Below are positions 12,596 through 24,800 of a stretch of 64,000 nucleotides of DNA, piece after piece; within the stretch, counting starts at the first letter, position 1, and every line of letters starts with the position of its first letter. Where the stretch lies: the NCBI RefSeq assembly GCF_004010195.1, contig NC_057719.1, positions 13,562,151 through 13,626,150 of the forward strand, read 5' to 3'. This DNA is from Chiloscyllium plagiosum. Its lineage: Eukaryota. The notes under the pieces were generated by a model, which worked only from the letters and a program-made list of their open reading frames with translations, had not been told where the DNA came from and did no database searches. A program made the position numbers and the translations under genes.

Positions 12596-13149
12596 ACCTT
12601 TTATTTACACATGGAGAATCTTTGACACTAATCCCATTCCCTCAGAGCAAACAGAACCTCCAATACTCCTGTTTATAGCTGCCAGCCAGGGCTCCCTGAT
12701 TGAACCAGATTAACAGCCCCAATCAGGGAACTCTTAGTCTGTGAGGTCCACCTGACTGACCTCATTATTATCAGTACATTCTGTGGTAAAGAACTCCACA
12801 GATTCACTACCGTCTGAGAGAAGACATTGTTCCTCATTTCTATCTTACAAGTGTGAGCCCTTACCTTAAGATGATGCTGCCTGGTGTTAGGCTCTCCCAC
12901 AAAGAGAAGCAACCTCTCCATAATCTATCCTGTCAAGTCTAAGAATCTTATCTGTTTCAATAAGACTGCCTCTCATTCTTCCACATTCAGTACAGACCCA
13001 ACCTATTCAACCTCTCCACATGAGACAGCTTTAGTTTTCAGTACAGAGGGACTAAAAATCCTGGTGTCTGTGGGAGTTTGACCTCACCCGTTCAGGCTGC
13101 CTCTCTTGGGCCAATTTAAAAAGAAACCAAGGTCTCATGAGCTGTTTAT

Positions 13150-13400
13150 CGTAGAATCATAGAATCCCTGCAGTGTGAAAACAGGCCCACCATGTCCACA
13201 CCGACCCTCCGAAGAGTAACCCACCAGATCGCTTCAACTACCCTGTCATCCTATATTTACCGCTGCCTAATGCACCCAACCTACACATCCCTGAATGCTA
13301 TGGGGCAATCTAGCATGGCCGATTCACCCAACCTACACATCCCTGAATGCTATGGGGCAATCTAGCATGGCCGATTCACCTAACCTGCACATCTTTGGAT
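13150..13400 (-). mobile_element. HE1-type SINE 3' part with an internal ~52-bp duplication
   Basis: Reverse complement of the SINE tail and core. Confidence 0.8.
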
Positions 13401-13509
13401 TTTTACTTTATTAGCTCTGAGTCGATTGCTCGGTGCCTCTCTCTCAACCTTTCTTCATTAAAAAAACAAGACAAATTACTCCTCTGAAAGCTATGGTATT
13501 GTTACATAC

Positions 13510-13957
13510 CACCTGGCTCAAAGTTGGCAGTCGCTGTCTGCTCCCAGAGGCTACTGCCTTTGGAAGTTTGCTGACCTTGTGTTATTGGGTGGAGGATGGC
13601 GATGCTGGCTATCTGTATATTTGGTGTGTGCAGCTCCCTACAATTATCACGACTCAGTGGGAGTTCTTTTTCAGGCTGCTGCAGACCTGCTGGTTTCTCT
13701 GCTGCTCTGATGTAGCTCATAACTGTCTTGCTCACAGCCCAAAGTGTTCAGCTTCCCAACATGTTTTTTGTTTGGCCGAGGATGTTTGTCATTGATAATT
13801 GATCCCCCCTCCACAAGCCAGGCGCTTGTACAAACACCCCTCGGCTCCTGTTCATCTGCACATCCCTGGGATTCAAAGCTATACAGAGTGTTCAGAACAG
13901 GTATTGGTACCTTACTTTCAAAACACCCTTGTAAATCCTTGGTTTTAAGCAGATTCT
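13510..13957 (-). pseudogene. Candidate large linker exon with a probable frameshift (ENLLKTKDLQGCFESKVPIP.../...PEKELPLSRDNCRELHTP...ANFEPG)
   Basis: Two overlapping stop-free stretches of ~95 and ~75 codons in different frames, aag acceptor, gtatgt donor. Confidence 0.45.
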
Positions 13958-14305
13958 CTTTATTTCAAGTAAAAAGACGCATCTTTACACAATGCACAAT
14001 GCGCTTAGTCCTGGCTCTGCCCCTGTGTGCGGAGTCTTATTTGCAGTATTGGCCATTTCCCAGCAGAGTGACTGTGGGGCTCCCTTCCAAAATCTGTTTA
14101 TGCAACAGTCACTCCTGCAGCCCACAGCTTTGTGTCATCAGCAAAATGAGACTTGCCACTTTTCGGTGCTGCAAATCTCTGACAATAAACTCAGCAAACA
14201 ATGCTTTAATGAAGCTTCTGAGTGGGAGGAAGGAGCTCAGTGGGAAAGGGAAAGGTGTTAAGTCTCAGGCTGTGAGTGGAAATGAGAGCAGAGGTGAAGG
14301 TTTAC

Positions 14306-14440
14306 TTGTGTGATGGTATTTGGTCTGAGGTGTGCAGGTTGGATCCTTATCCAAACAGAGATTCTTCAATCCCAGAAGCCATTTGCCAAACACAACTGGA
14401 ATCTCCCTGGAGAAGCATCACAACTGTCCACTGAGATACT
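14306..14440 (-). pseudogene. Candidate linker exon: SISVDSCDASPGRFQLCLANGFWD*RISVWIRIQPAHLRPNTITQ
   Basis: tgtgttctcag acceptor in phase 0, gtaaac donor. End phase does not match the next exon. Confidence 0.3.
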
Positions 14441-14518
14441 CTGAGAACACACAGGAGGATGATTTCCAATCCTCCAAAAATGGGGTTGTCATTTCACTCC
14501 TGTGTGCTCACTACTCAC

Positions 14519-14553
14519 CTTCTGGGCAAGGGGGGTCTGAAATGGTGCAGATT
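14519..14553 (-). pseudogene. Micro-exon: QSAPFQTPLAQK
   Basis: Strong ttctgctccttttcag acceptor and AAG|gtgagt donor, 35 nt, phase 1-0. Confidence 0.65.
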
Positions 14554-14744
14554 CTGAAAAGGAGCAGAATGAAATGAAAAAGAGGAAGGAGAGAGAGAGA
14601 GAGAAAGAGCGAGAGAGACCAAGCAAGCGAGAGAGAGAAACAAATAACAAAAATGCAAAGAAAGCAGGATAAAGGGGATGACAGAAAGCACATTGCAGTT
14701 TTGATCAAAATGTTTGATGATAGCAGCGACACAGGCATTGTGGG

Positions 14745-15190
14745 TGTATGTGTGTGGACATTTTGCATGTGTGTGCTTCTGTGTGTATGTGCATGTTCAT
14801 GTCTGTGTGAATGTGTTTGCAAGCATGTGTGTGTGTATATGTGTGGATGTTCTGTGTGCATCTGTATATGTGTGCGCATGAATATGTGTGTGTGTGTGTG
14901 TGTGTCTTTGTGTGTGTGTGTATATGTGTGTGCATGTCTGAGTGTGTGCAGACGTTGTGTATACATCTGTTTGTGTGTGTGCACGCGAGCAGGTGTATAT
15001 GGTTATGTGTATGTCTGTGTATGCATCTCTGAGTGTGTGTTGTTTGTGGTGTGGATGTGTATGTGTGTCTATGTATGTGTGTGTCTGCGCATATTTTGTG
15101 TGTGATCGCATATCTGTGTTTGTGAGCATGAGTGTTTGTATGACTATGTGTGTACGTGTGAGTGTGTGTATCTGTGTGTGTGTGTGTGTG
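14745..15190. repeat. Degenerate (TG)n microsatellite, with a (GA)n tract at ~14580-14640
   Basis: Direct inspection. Confidence 0.95.
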
Positions 15191-15995
15191 GGCAGATAAC
15201 AAGGTGAAATGTTTCTTGAGCTGTTTGCGTGGAACATGGCAATTTTAGGACAAGGCTAACTAAGCCTCTTTTACTGGTCAATCTCTGAATCAAATTTGGA
15301 AGGAGCTTATCATGGGGATTGGACGCAGTCCTGACTGAGTACAGTCCAAATTGAAGGTGAGCAATTCAGCTGGATGAAGGCTAATTCCAGAAAGCATCAC
15401 ATGACAATGCCAACTAATCACCCCCTTGATATGTCACAGGATTTGCAACAAGTCCCTGGGTGAGGTTTCTCAATTTGTTAAGATTTCCCAAATTGTCAAG
15501 CTCCCAGGTGAGGAAAAAAGAACTGGATCCCTTCCTTATGCATCCGTCACCACCAATTGTTCACAACAAGGTTACTTATAAAATGTCCCCTTCCTTATGG
15601 AATCTTTCTCCCTGATTAAATGCAATTGTGTCTTTAAAAGGAACCTATTGAATCATGCTTTCTTGAGTCACCAAATATTACTTATTGAACGTGAGAAGAA
15701 ATCATAACACAATGCTCGTACACACAGAGTGGAAATGAGAAATGAGTCCAAAAAGAAAATGTTAAATGATAAATTGTTCAGTTTCTGTTTATGAAGAGGT
15801 GATCTGGAACATTAATAGTTGCGCAATTGATTTTGAGATTCTTGACTTTGTAAATTGATTGATTTAGCTTACAGCAAGGGAATCCTTTTAAACCTGTTTC
15901 TGACTGGCATGCAGAGTGGCAGGTGTCTTTGACATGCATCAATGGGGTGACTAGTGAATGACTCAATGACTGTGGCGGTACTCAAACTTAGGCTG

Positions 15996-16208
15996 GGAGA
16001 CAGTGAGGACTGCAGATGCTGAAGACGAGAGTTGAGAGTGTGTTGCTGGAAAAGCACAGCAGGTCAGGCAGCATCCAAGGAGCAGGAAAATCGATGTTTC
16101 GGGCAAAAGCCCTTCATCAGGAATGACTTTTGCCTGAAACGTTGATTTTCCTGCTCCTCGGATGCTGCCTGACCTGCTGTGCTTTTCCAGCAACACACTG
16201 TCAACTCA
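15996..16208. mobile_element. Palindromic Penelope-derived short element (family A)
   Basis: Two inverted copies of the terminal repeat segment. Confidence 0.75.
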
Positions 16209-16209
16209 C

Positions 16210-16518
16210 GCTCAGGCTGGTACACCAAACCATCTCAGGATACTGGCGCAGTCTGGCTCCTCAGATCGCTAGCAACCACAGATCAGGGTTGAAACTTGTT
16301 TTCAGTCTCTGTCCCTGTGTCTCCTTGTCTCTCACTCCAACTGTTGTCTTTACTTGCATCGTATTCACAGTCTGAGATGACTCCCGAGAGATTACAGCTC
16401 CGTTTATAGTGCAATTTTCCCTTTGAAGCTTCCTTGACACTTTTGTGTGATATTCTAGAGTTCCTGTCCACACAGCCACTGAATTTATATTTACAGTCAT
16501 TGTTTAGCTGTATATCCT
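16210..16518 (-). pseudogene. Exon (low-complexity linker): EDIQLNNDCKYKFSGCVDRNSRISHKSVKEASKGK...ENKFQP*SVVASDLRSQTAPVS*DGLVYQPE
   Basis: 309 nt, phase 1-1, two TGA stops. The gtgagt donor overlaps the edge of an adjacent Penelope-derived palindrome. Confidence 0.55.
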
Positions 16519-16749
16519 CTTTGTACAGAATATAAATTGCAAATGAATGTTCATTACATCTATAGGTGACCTAACGTTACCAACATGGTCATGACATAGA
16601 TAGTGTATCTACTACTGCCTGCTCCAGTGGTTACAATGGACATTGTTAACAAAGGTTACTCAATACCAGTTACAAATTACCTTCGACTCCCACTGTCTGC
16701 GCACAATGCAGAAACAATGCCCTCCATATCTTCCTTGGCTTTTACCACT

Positions 16750-17035
16750 TTGGCTCAGTCATTAGCACTATTGCCTCACAGCACCAGGGACCTGGGTTCG
16801 ATTGGAGAGTCGGGTGACTGTCTGTGTGGAGTTTGCATGTTCTCCCTGTGTCTGTGTGGGTTTGCTCCAGGTGCTCCGGTTTCCTCCCATAGTCCAAAGC
16901 TGTGCAGGTTGGGTAGATTGGCCATGGGAAGTGGAGGATGATGGGGATAGGTCTGGGTGGGATGCTCTTCATAGGGTCAGTATGGACTAAATGGGCCGAA
17001 TGGCCTGCTTCCACACTGTAGGATTATATGATTCT
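16750..17035 (+). mobile_element. Diverged HE1-type SINE
   Basis: Similarity to the other HE1 copies. Confidence 0.8.
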
Positions 17036-17670
17036 ATTGCAAAGTCTCTGTCAGCCTGTGTTTCTCTTTTCACTCATTTCTTGCCAAAACCTTACTCGGC
17101 TGAGAATCATTCTGATCCAATAAGGTTTTCTCATTCCTCTTGGGTTTGAATTCCTGTAAATGTACTCGGTTAGCGTACCAGAACACACAGTTAGCTGCTG
17201 GCCCCAGCCTAGAGACTTACCCTGAAACAAAGACAGAAATTGCTGGAAAAGCTCAGCAGATCTGGCAGCATCTGTGGAGAGAAATCAGAAGTTAACGTTT
17301 CGGGTCCAGTGACCCTTCCTCAGATGAGTCCTTGGGTTCGTTTGTAAAGGTTGAACCGTTCATAGCTAGGCTGTTCGGGTGTATTGCTGAAATGTCAGCC
17401 CAGTGTGTTGAAAGGGCATGTGCCCGAAACGTCGAATCTTCTGTTCCCTAGATGCTGCCTGACCTGCTGTGCTGTTCCAGCAATAAAGTTTCAGCTGTTC
17501 GGGTGTATTGCTGAAATGTCAGCCCAGTGTGTTGAATAATCATTACACAATGTTACAGTGAAAATGAAGCCTGGAGGGGGCCCAGAGAAAATCCTGTCCT
17601 TTGCACCTTCTGCTTCTAATGGGAAAAAAACAAAACTATTGAGGAAGGCACCATCCAGATGAAATCAATA

Positions 17671-17876
17671 CAGGTATCCCCCACTTTTCGAAAGTTCGTT
17701 TTACGCCAATTCGTCTTTACGAAAGACCTACTGAAAGAAGTCCGAAGAGGACTTTTGCTTTTATAAGGAAATGCAAAATTTTTCCGGTATAAATTAATGC
17801 TTCTTCACTTTATTCCATTTTGGCTTATAAAAGGTTTCAAAGGAACGCTGTACTTTTGGATAGCGAGGGATACCTG
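17671..17876. mobile_element. Tc1/mariner (pogo/Tigger-like) MITE
   Basis: Imperfect ~25-bp TIRs caggtatccc.../...gggatacctg; TA on the left, GA on the right. Confidence 0.7.
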
Positions 17877-18395
17877 GAGGTCTATTATCACTTGGCGTCA
17901 CTTGATGCCATATTCCTTGTCCCTTCTCCATCTGCTCAACCGGCTTTAGAATATTTCTGCAAAACACAAAATAATGTTTTAGGGTAAAGGTTCTTGGTTA
18001 TAATTCCCCTACATTTATTTCCTTTTCTGTAGTCTATACTCGAAGTACCTTGGTTGGTCAATCAGTTGGACAGGTAGTTGGATTGTGAGGCAAATAGCAC
18101 AGGTTCAATTACTGACTGGGATTACTGCAAAAATCCTGCTTTGTCAAACTTTCCTGAGGCACAGGGACCCTCAGGTTAAACTCACCATCGGTTTGCTCTC
18201 TCTGTCTTGAATAGAAGAGCATCTCTCATGATTATAATTACTTGAGGAGAAAACCAATTTGGTTCTCTTTGTCTTGCCTCATCTTTTCCTAACTTTAAAC
18301 AATTCCAACATTATGCTCAAATTACACTGAGGCCTGTGGATGCCAAAAAAAAAAGTTGAATTCTCAGGATAGGCCAAGAACTACAGATGATTCAC

Positions 18396-18498
18396 CTCTG
18401 TCCTCTTTTCCATGAGACAGGCAGAGCAATGAGTTACAGGCCTTATGTAACTGGATTCTGCCATAGATTCCTGTCTCCGCTGATGGAAAAGGGGGTCT
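18396..18498 (-). pseudogene. Exon (M3 end): RPPFPSAETGIYGRIQLHKACNSLLCLSHGKEDR
   Basis: caacag acceptor, G|gtgaat donor, 103 nt, phase 0-1, stop-free. Resembles catenin NEFIDASRLVYDGIRDIRKAVLMI. Confidence 0.65.
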
Positions 18499-18600
18499 CT
18501 GTTGTTGCAGGAATCCTTTTCCCTTTTTGTCCCTTCCCTTTTTTTGTATCGACTGCCTTTCATCTTCCTGCTTTTTTCTACTCGTGTCCACATTTCCATT

Positions 18601-19210
18601 TAGAGTCAAAGAGATGTACAGCACGGAAACAGACCCTTCGGTCCAACCCGTCCATGCTGACCAGATATCCCAACCCGACCTAGTCCCACTTGCCAGCATT
18701 TGGCCCATATCCCTCTAAGGTTAGAGTGTTGCTGAAAAAGCACAGCAGTTCAGGTAGCATCTGAGGAGCAGGAAAATCGACGTTTCGGGCAAAAGCCCTT
18801 CATCTATTCGTATACCCATCTAGATGCCTTTTAAATGTTGCAATTGTACCAGCCTCCATTACTTCCACTGGCAGCCCATTTCATCCACTCACCACTCTCT
18901 GTGTGAAAAGGTTGCCCCTTTGTCCCTTTTAAATCTTTCCCCTCTCACCTTAACACTATGCCATCTAGTTCTGCACTCCCCCACCCTGGGGCACAGACCT
19001 TGGCTATTTACCCTATCCAAGCTCTTCATGATTTTATAAACCTCTATAAGGTCACCCCTCAGCCTCTGACACTCCAGGGAAAACAGCTCTAGCCTTTTCA
19101 GCCTCTCCCTATAGCTCAAATCCTCCAGCCCTGGCAACATCCTTATAAATCTTTTTTGAACCCTTTCAAGTCTCACAACAACTTTTCTGTAGCAGGAAGA
19201 GCAGAATTGA
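18601..19210 (-). mobile_element. HER1/CR1 LINE 3' fragment with a Penelope fragment nested at ~18718-18803
   Basis: LERVQKRFIRMLPGL..RLRGDLIEVYKIM plus 3' UTR. Confidence 0.9.
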
Positions 19211-19261
19211 CATTGTACCTCCTTGTCATCTCTCTTCCTTTCCTAACTTACTCATCATTAC

Positions 19262-19344
19262 CTTTTTAAACAGCTCTCATGTCATCCAATTTACAACTTT
19301 GTGGGACTGTTGCTACATCCCATACCAAAACTCCAGGGTCTCTC
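19262..19344 (-). pseudogene. Exon (M3): GETLEFWYGM*QQSHKVVNWMT*ELFKK
   Basis: tttacatattcag acceptor, AAG|gtaatg donor, 83 nt, phase 1-0. Resembles catenin LDRTAGAIRGRAARVIHVVTSEM. Confidence 0.65.
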
Positions 19345-19399
19345 CTGAATATGTAAATGACTGTATCACACCCAGTGTGCATGGCTGGATTCATGTTTT

Positions 19400-19725
19400 T
19401 ACATTTGTACATTTGATATGGGCATCGCTGGCTCAGCCAGCATTTATTTCCCATCCCCAGTTGCCCTGAGAGTCAAACATAGGGTCTGGAGTCAGGTTCG
19501 GACCTGACCAGGTAAGGACAACAGATTCCTTCCTTAATGGACATTAGTGACCCAGAAATTTGTCAACGGCTTCATGGCCATCATTAAACTCTAAACCGCA
19601 ACTATTTTTTATTCAATTCAAACTCCACCATCTGCCATAGTCAGGATTTGATCCAAGTTGTCCAGAACATTGCTTGGCTCTCCTAGATGATTAGTTCAGT
19701 GATAAAACACCACTGGGCCATTCCT
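19400..19725 (-). mobile_element. tRNA-derived SINE sharing its 3' tail with the LINE at 35690-36620
   Basis: Shared gctggc..ccagcatttatt tail; related copy at 50370-50680. Confidence 0.55.
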
Positions 19726-19993
19726 TATGACAGCCTGATTATGGTATGTAATGTCAGTCACTTTCTCTTTAAATAGTGGAAGGATTGAAACGCCCCAGAG
19801 GGACTAACAGAACTCTACAAGGCTTTACTTTGGCGGTGTCAGGAAGAGGTCATAGTGATGGGGCGTAGAGTTCTGTAATTGGGCAGATTGATATTCACAA
19901 CATAAGGAAAGAAGAAGAAATATCAAGTCTTCCTTTGTTTTGATAGGCAAACTCTCTGGAGACGATGCTTGTTTTCCTAATTGGAACCAATAC

Positions 19994-20114
19994 CGAGGCC
20001 ACAGAGAATATGTGCAGAATCCTCTGCCTCTGCTCCTTCCCTGTGTTGTAAATCTTTGTTTTATTTTGCCACTAGTTCGGTGAGCCTGCTTACAGTTCAT
20101 ACACAATTGGAAAC
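19994..20114 (-). pseudogene. Exon (M2/M3): VSNCV*TVSRLTELVAK*NKDLQHREGAEAEDSAHILCGL
   Basis: aaacag acceptor, G|gtattg donor, 121 nt, phase 0-1. Resembles catenin QVRVLTDAVDD...SENHILEDV. Confidence 0.6.
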
Positions 20115-20519
20115 CTGTTTGTAGATGATGCTGTGAAGCCATCAATTTCACCTCCCTGCTCCCAGCCTGTACTTGCCTAGTCTCTCTGTAAGTGCCATCT
20201 TTGTCAGAACGGCTGAGTTTGCCTCAGTTAGTGCATGAGGAATCACGGGCACAAAACCAAATCCACATGCAATTGCGGGCGTGATATTGTACCATATTAT
20301 TGTAGCTCGATTCTTTCAAAGAACTGAGCTCCAATAAGACTGGAGTGAGTAAATATGAACTGAGTCATATTCATTCTTAATCAGACAGCTATTTATCAAT
20401 GAACTAACAGCAAAATGCCGTGGATGCTGGAGATCTGAAACAAACATAGAGAAGGCTGGAGAAACTCAACAGGTCTGGCAGCATTTGTGTGGCGGAAAAC
20501 AGAGTCAATGTTTCAGGGT

Positions 20520-21790
20520 CAATATAACTTTTCAAACTTTTATATCTTCTGCCTGATGGGAGAGAGTGGAAGAGATTATAACTGGGGTGGGAAGGGTCTT
20601 TGTTGGTTGCTTTCCCAAAGTGGCAGTAAGTGAAGATGGATGGAAGGCTGGTTTGCGTGAGGGACTGAGCTGTGTTCACAACTGTCTGTAGTTCCTTGCA
20701 GCCTTGGGCAGAGCAGTTGCTATAACAAGACATGACACCTCTAGATAAGATGCTTTCTATGATGCATCTATAAACATTGGTAAGATTTAATGGTAAGGTC
20801 CTAAGGAGTGTTGCTGAACAAAGAGACCTCAGGGTACAGGTTCATAGCTCCTTGAAAGTGGAGTCACAGGTAAATAGGATAGTGAAGTCGGCGTTTGGCA
20901 TGCTTTCCTTTATTGGTCAGAGTATTGATTACAGGAGTCAGGAGGTCATGTTGCAGCTGTACAGGACATTGGTTAGGCCACTGTTGGAATATTGCATGCA
21001 ATTCTGGTCTCCTTCCTATCGGAAAGATGTTGTGAAACTTGAAAGGGTTCAGAAAAGATTTACAAGGATGTTGCCAGGGTTGGAGGATCTGAGCTACAGG
21101 GAGAGGCTGAACAGGCTGGGGCTATTTTCCCTGGAACGTCGGAGGCTGAGGGGTGACTTATAAAGGTTTATAAAATGATGAGGAGCCTGGATAGGGTAAA
21201 TAGGCAAAGTCTATTCCCTGGGGTCGGGGAGTCCAGAACCAGAGGGCATAGGTTTAGGGTGAGAGGGGAAAGATATAAAAGAGACCTACGGGGCAATTTT
21301 TTCACACAGAGGGTGGTACGTGTATGGATGAGCTGCCAGAGGATGTGGTGCAGGCTGGTACAATTGCAGCATTTAAGAGGCATATGGATGGGTATATGAA
21401 TAGGAAGGGTTTGGAGGGATATGGGCCGGGTGCTCGCAGGTGGGACTAGATTGGGTTGGGATAACTGGTCAGCATATGGTTTGGACGGAAGGGTCTGTTT
21501 CCGTGCTGTATATCTCTATGACTTCATGACTCTTTGCAGACATGCCGAATTTCCTTAGCCTCCTGAGGAATTTGCGACATGGTTGTGCTTTCTTGACCAT
21601 CATGTTGATGTGGGTGGAGCAGGACAGATTCTTGGCGATCATCGCTCCCAGGAATGTGACGCAGTTGACCATCTCCACCTGAGCACCATTGATGCAGCCA
21701 GGGACGTGCCCCCAACTCCGCTTCCCGAAGTCAATGACCAGCTCCTTAGTTTTGCTGATGTTGAGAGAGAGATTGCTGTCTCTATGGGGA
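20520..21790 (-). mobile_element. Rex1/Babar-like LINE fragments (20520-20775 and 21530-21790) split by a HER1 insertion
   Basis: NLSLNISKTKELVIDF, LRRLRKFGM and DPSHP..LF..LPSGRRY motifs. Confidence 0.75.
20778..21530 (+). mobile_element. HER1/CR1 LINE 3' part
   Basis: QRDLRVQVHSSLK..LYRTLVRPLLEYCMQFWSP; 3' UTR. Confidence 0.92.
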
Positions 21791-22159
21791 GATGAGGAGA
21801 GTTTGTTATCTTTGAGGAGGGTGCTGTGATGTGGCATGAAAACATGGCAGAAGCAGCTTTCAAAAGGGAACTGGATAGACACTTGAAAAGCAAACATTTG
21901 TGAAAATATGTGGGAAGAGAGGCAGTATGAGGAGAATGGGTCGAAGTACGTAGAGTTGGATAGCTTTCCTGTGTACTGTGACACACATTGTGATCAAACT
22001 TTCTGGTTGTCTGTTCTGAGTAAACTCTTCATGTTGCCTTAAGGGAAGCCTCAGGAGTCCGCAGGAGAGAATTCAATTTCACACATCGCAACGTACAGAG
22101 AAACTAGGAGCAAGAGTAGGTTACTTGGGTCTGCTCTGTCATTCAATTTGATCCTGGCT

Positions 22160-23587
22160 GAGGAGAAAGTGAGGCCTGCAGATGCTGGAGATCAGAGCTG
22201 AAACATGTGTTGCTGGAAAAGCGCAGCAGGTCAGGCAGCATCCAAGGAGCAGGAGAATCGACGTTTCGGGCATGAGCCCTTCTTCAGGAATGAGGAGGGT
22301 GTGCCAAGCGGGCTAAAATAAAAGGTAGGGAGGAGGGACTTGGGGGAGGGGCATTGGGAATACAATAGGTGGAAGGAGATTAAGGTGAGGGTGATAGGCC
22401 GGAGAGGGGGTGGGGACTGTATTGGCGCTGCCTTGTGCTCCCACGAGGAGGTTGAACAGTTCATCCACTTTACCAACACCTTCCACCCCGACCTCAAATT
22501 TATCTGGATCGTCTCAGACTCTTCCCTCCCCTTCCTAGACCTTTCCATTTCTATCTCGGGTGACCGAATCAACATGGACATTTACTATAAACCGACCAAC
22601 TCACACATCTACCTGGACTACACCTCCTCCCACCCTGCCCCCTGTAAAAATGCCATCCCATATTCCCAATTCCTTCGCCTCCGTCGCATCTGCTCCCAGG
22701 AGGATCAGTTCCAATAACGAACAACCCAGATGGCCTCCTTCTGTAAAGACAGCAATTTCCCCCCAGACGTGATCTACGATGCTCTCCACCGCATCTTCTC
22801 CACTTCCCACTCCTCCGCCCTTGAGCCCCGCCCCTCCAATGGCCACCAGGACAGAAACCCATCTACCACCCTACCAACCTCTATATACATCATATCATCC
22901 GTCGTCATTTCTGCCACCTCCAAACGGACCGCACCACCAGGGATATATTTCCCTCCCCTCCCCTATCAGCGTTCCGAAAAGACCATNNNNNNNNNNNNNN
23001 NNNNNNNNNNNNNNNNNNNNNNNNNNNNNNNNNNNNNNNNNNNNNNNNNNNNNNNNNNNNNNNNNNNNNNNNNNNNNNNNNNNNNNNNNNNNNNNNNNNN
23101 NNNNNNNNNNNNNNNNNNNNNNNNNNNNNNNNNNNNNNNNNNNNNNNNNNNNNNNNNNNNNNNNNNNNNNNNNNNNNNNNNNNNNNNNNNNNNNNNNNNN
23201 NNNNNNNNNNNNNNNNNNNNNNNNNNNNNNNNNNNNNNNNNNNNNNNNNNNNNNNNNNNNNNNNNNNNNNNNNNNNNNNNNNNNNNNNNNNNNNNNNNNN
23301 NNNNNNNNNNNNNNNNNNNNNNNNGACCTCTCCGCCCCACCCCACTCCGGCCTATCACCCTCAGCTTAACCTCCTTCCACCTATCACATTTCCAACGCCC
23401 CTCCCCCATGTCCCTCCTCCCTACCTTTTATCTTAGCCTGCTTGACACACTCTCCTCATTCCTGAAGAAGGGCTCATGCCCGAAACGCCGATTCTCCTGC
23501 TCCTTGGATGCTGCCTGACCTGCTGTGCATTTCCAGCAACACATTTTCAGCTCTGATCTCCAGCATCTGCAGTCCTCACTTTCTCCA
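22160..23587 (+). mobile_element. Penelope-like retroelement, 5' truncated, with an inverted terminal repeat at the 5' end (contains N gap)
   Basis: RT C-terminal/thumb motifs LPFLDL..DIYYKPTNSH.YLDYTSSHP..CKNAIPYSQFLRLRRICS; inverted copy 22160-22415 of the 3' repeat 23325-23587. Confidence 0.9.
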
Positions 23588-23943
23588 ATGGTGAGCTTTT
23601 CCCAAGGTTGTCCTGTTGCTATGCATTTAGTTGCTATAGTGATGGTTTGAAAATGGCAATTCCCTCTCTCGGTTCACTTGGAGAATGATGTGGAGTGCCC
23701 GGTGTTGGACTGGGATGGACAGAGTTAAAAATCACACAGCACCAGGTTATAGTCCAACAGGTTTATTTGGAAGTGCAAGCTTGTAAAAGGTGGGAAAGGT
23801 ATTTCCAGGAATTCCAATTCACAGAATTCCAGATCCATAGCGTTGTTATCTGCCTGAGGGAGAGAAGGTCTCGCAGCATGTTGGCTCCATACCACGTTGG
23901 ATAATAAGTGATTGCCCCAGAACACACCCTCACCCATACGCAC

Positions 23944-24044
23944 CTCCCTGCAGACAGCAGCACGCCAAATCTGAGATCTCGAAGGGATATGTCTTCGCTG
24001 ACTGCGTTCCAGAAAGCAGGCGGTTGTCAGGATTATGCTATTAA
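23944..24044 (-). pseudogene. Exon (M2): FNSIILTTACFLERSQRRHIPSRSQIWRAAVCRE
   Basis: cattttccag acceptor, GAG|gtgcgt donor, 101 nt, phase 1-0, stop-free. Resembles catenin QVINAALALAAKPQ. Confidence 0.7.
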
Positions 24045-24469
24045 CTGGAAAATGACTTCTGGCTAAGTTCAAGCACTGCATGTGACTGTGAAGGTTATCA
24101 TCCCCCTGACTTTTTTATTCACCTGGCTTCTTTCAAAGTATCACATGAGCCATACACATCAAGCCGATGATCGAAGCTCTGCATAATGGTCATTGGAGGA
24201 AAGGCTAAAGTGATTTATGATGCTTGATGCCAGTTATTAGAGATAAAGCCATTGTGGCTTAGGAAACCTAGTCCCAGCCTCTCTCAATTTGAGGAAGTGA
24301 TTGGAAGGGTAAAGGAAAATAGTCCATTTGATGTTGCATTTCTTGACAGCTATTACTGATGACACCGGGCAGAAATAGTTTTATAAATAATTACAGGCCA
24401 GGACCATTTCCAAGTGCAGCCTCATCACTTACTGTGTAATTTCCTCATTGTCAACTCTGGTCCCAATCA

Positions 24470-24800
24470 TAGATTCATTTACTGTGTGGAATCAGGCCAT
24501 TCAGCCCATACCGACCCTCCGAACACCATCCCACCCGGACTCACACCCGTATCCTATACCCGTAACCCTACGTTTCCCATGGCTAGCTCACCTGGCCTGA
24601 GGGTCCCTGGACACTATGGGGCAATTTCCCATGGCCAGTCCACCCTAACATGTGCATCTTTGGACTGTGGGAGGAAACTGGAGCACCTGCAGAAATCCAC
24701 ATAGACACAGGGAGAATGTGCAAACTCCACACAGACAGTAGCTTGAGGCTGGGGTCCCTGGCACTGTGAGACAGCAGTGCTAACCACTGAGCTACCCCAA
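24470..24800 (-). mobile_element. Diverged HE1-type SINE
   Basis: Reverse complement similarity. Confidence 0.8.

Larger units (their letters stand above)
11790..13030 (-). mobile_element. Second CR1-like LINE 3' end, split by nested insertions at ~12005-12777
   Basis: Minus translation ERLLLFVGEPNTRQHHLKVR...FSQTVVNLWSSLP; same family on + at 51560-51900. Confidence 0.6.

Noticed and set aside
14120..14145. FADDTKL motif on the minus strand as a CR1 RT remnant
   Set aside because: No flanking RT similarity; probably chance.
14511..15237. His/Thr- and Cys/Val-rich ORFs (also 49832-50419)
   Set aside because: Translations of (TG)n/(CA)n microsatellites.
16210..16518. In-frame TGA codons as selenocysteine
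   Set aside because: Other exons of the same chain contain TAA and TAG stops, and no SECIS was recognised.
18396..19344. One large exon split by the HER1 insertion
   Set aside because: Two smaller exons (19262-19344 and 18396-18498) give matching phases and better catenin-like translations, placing the LINE in an intron.
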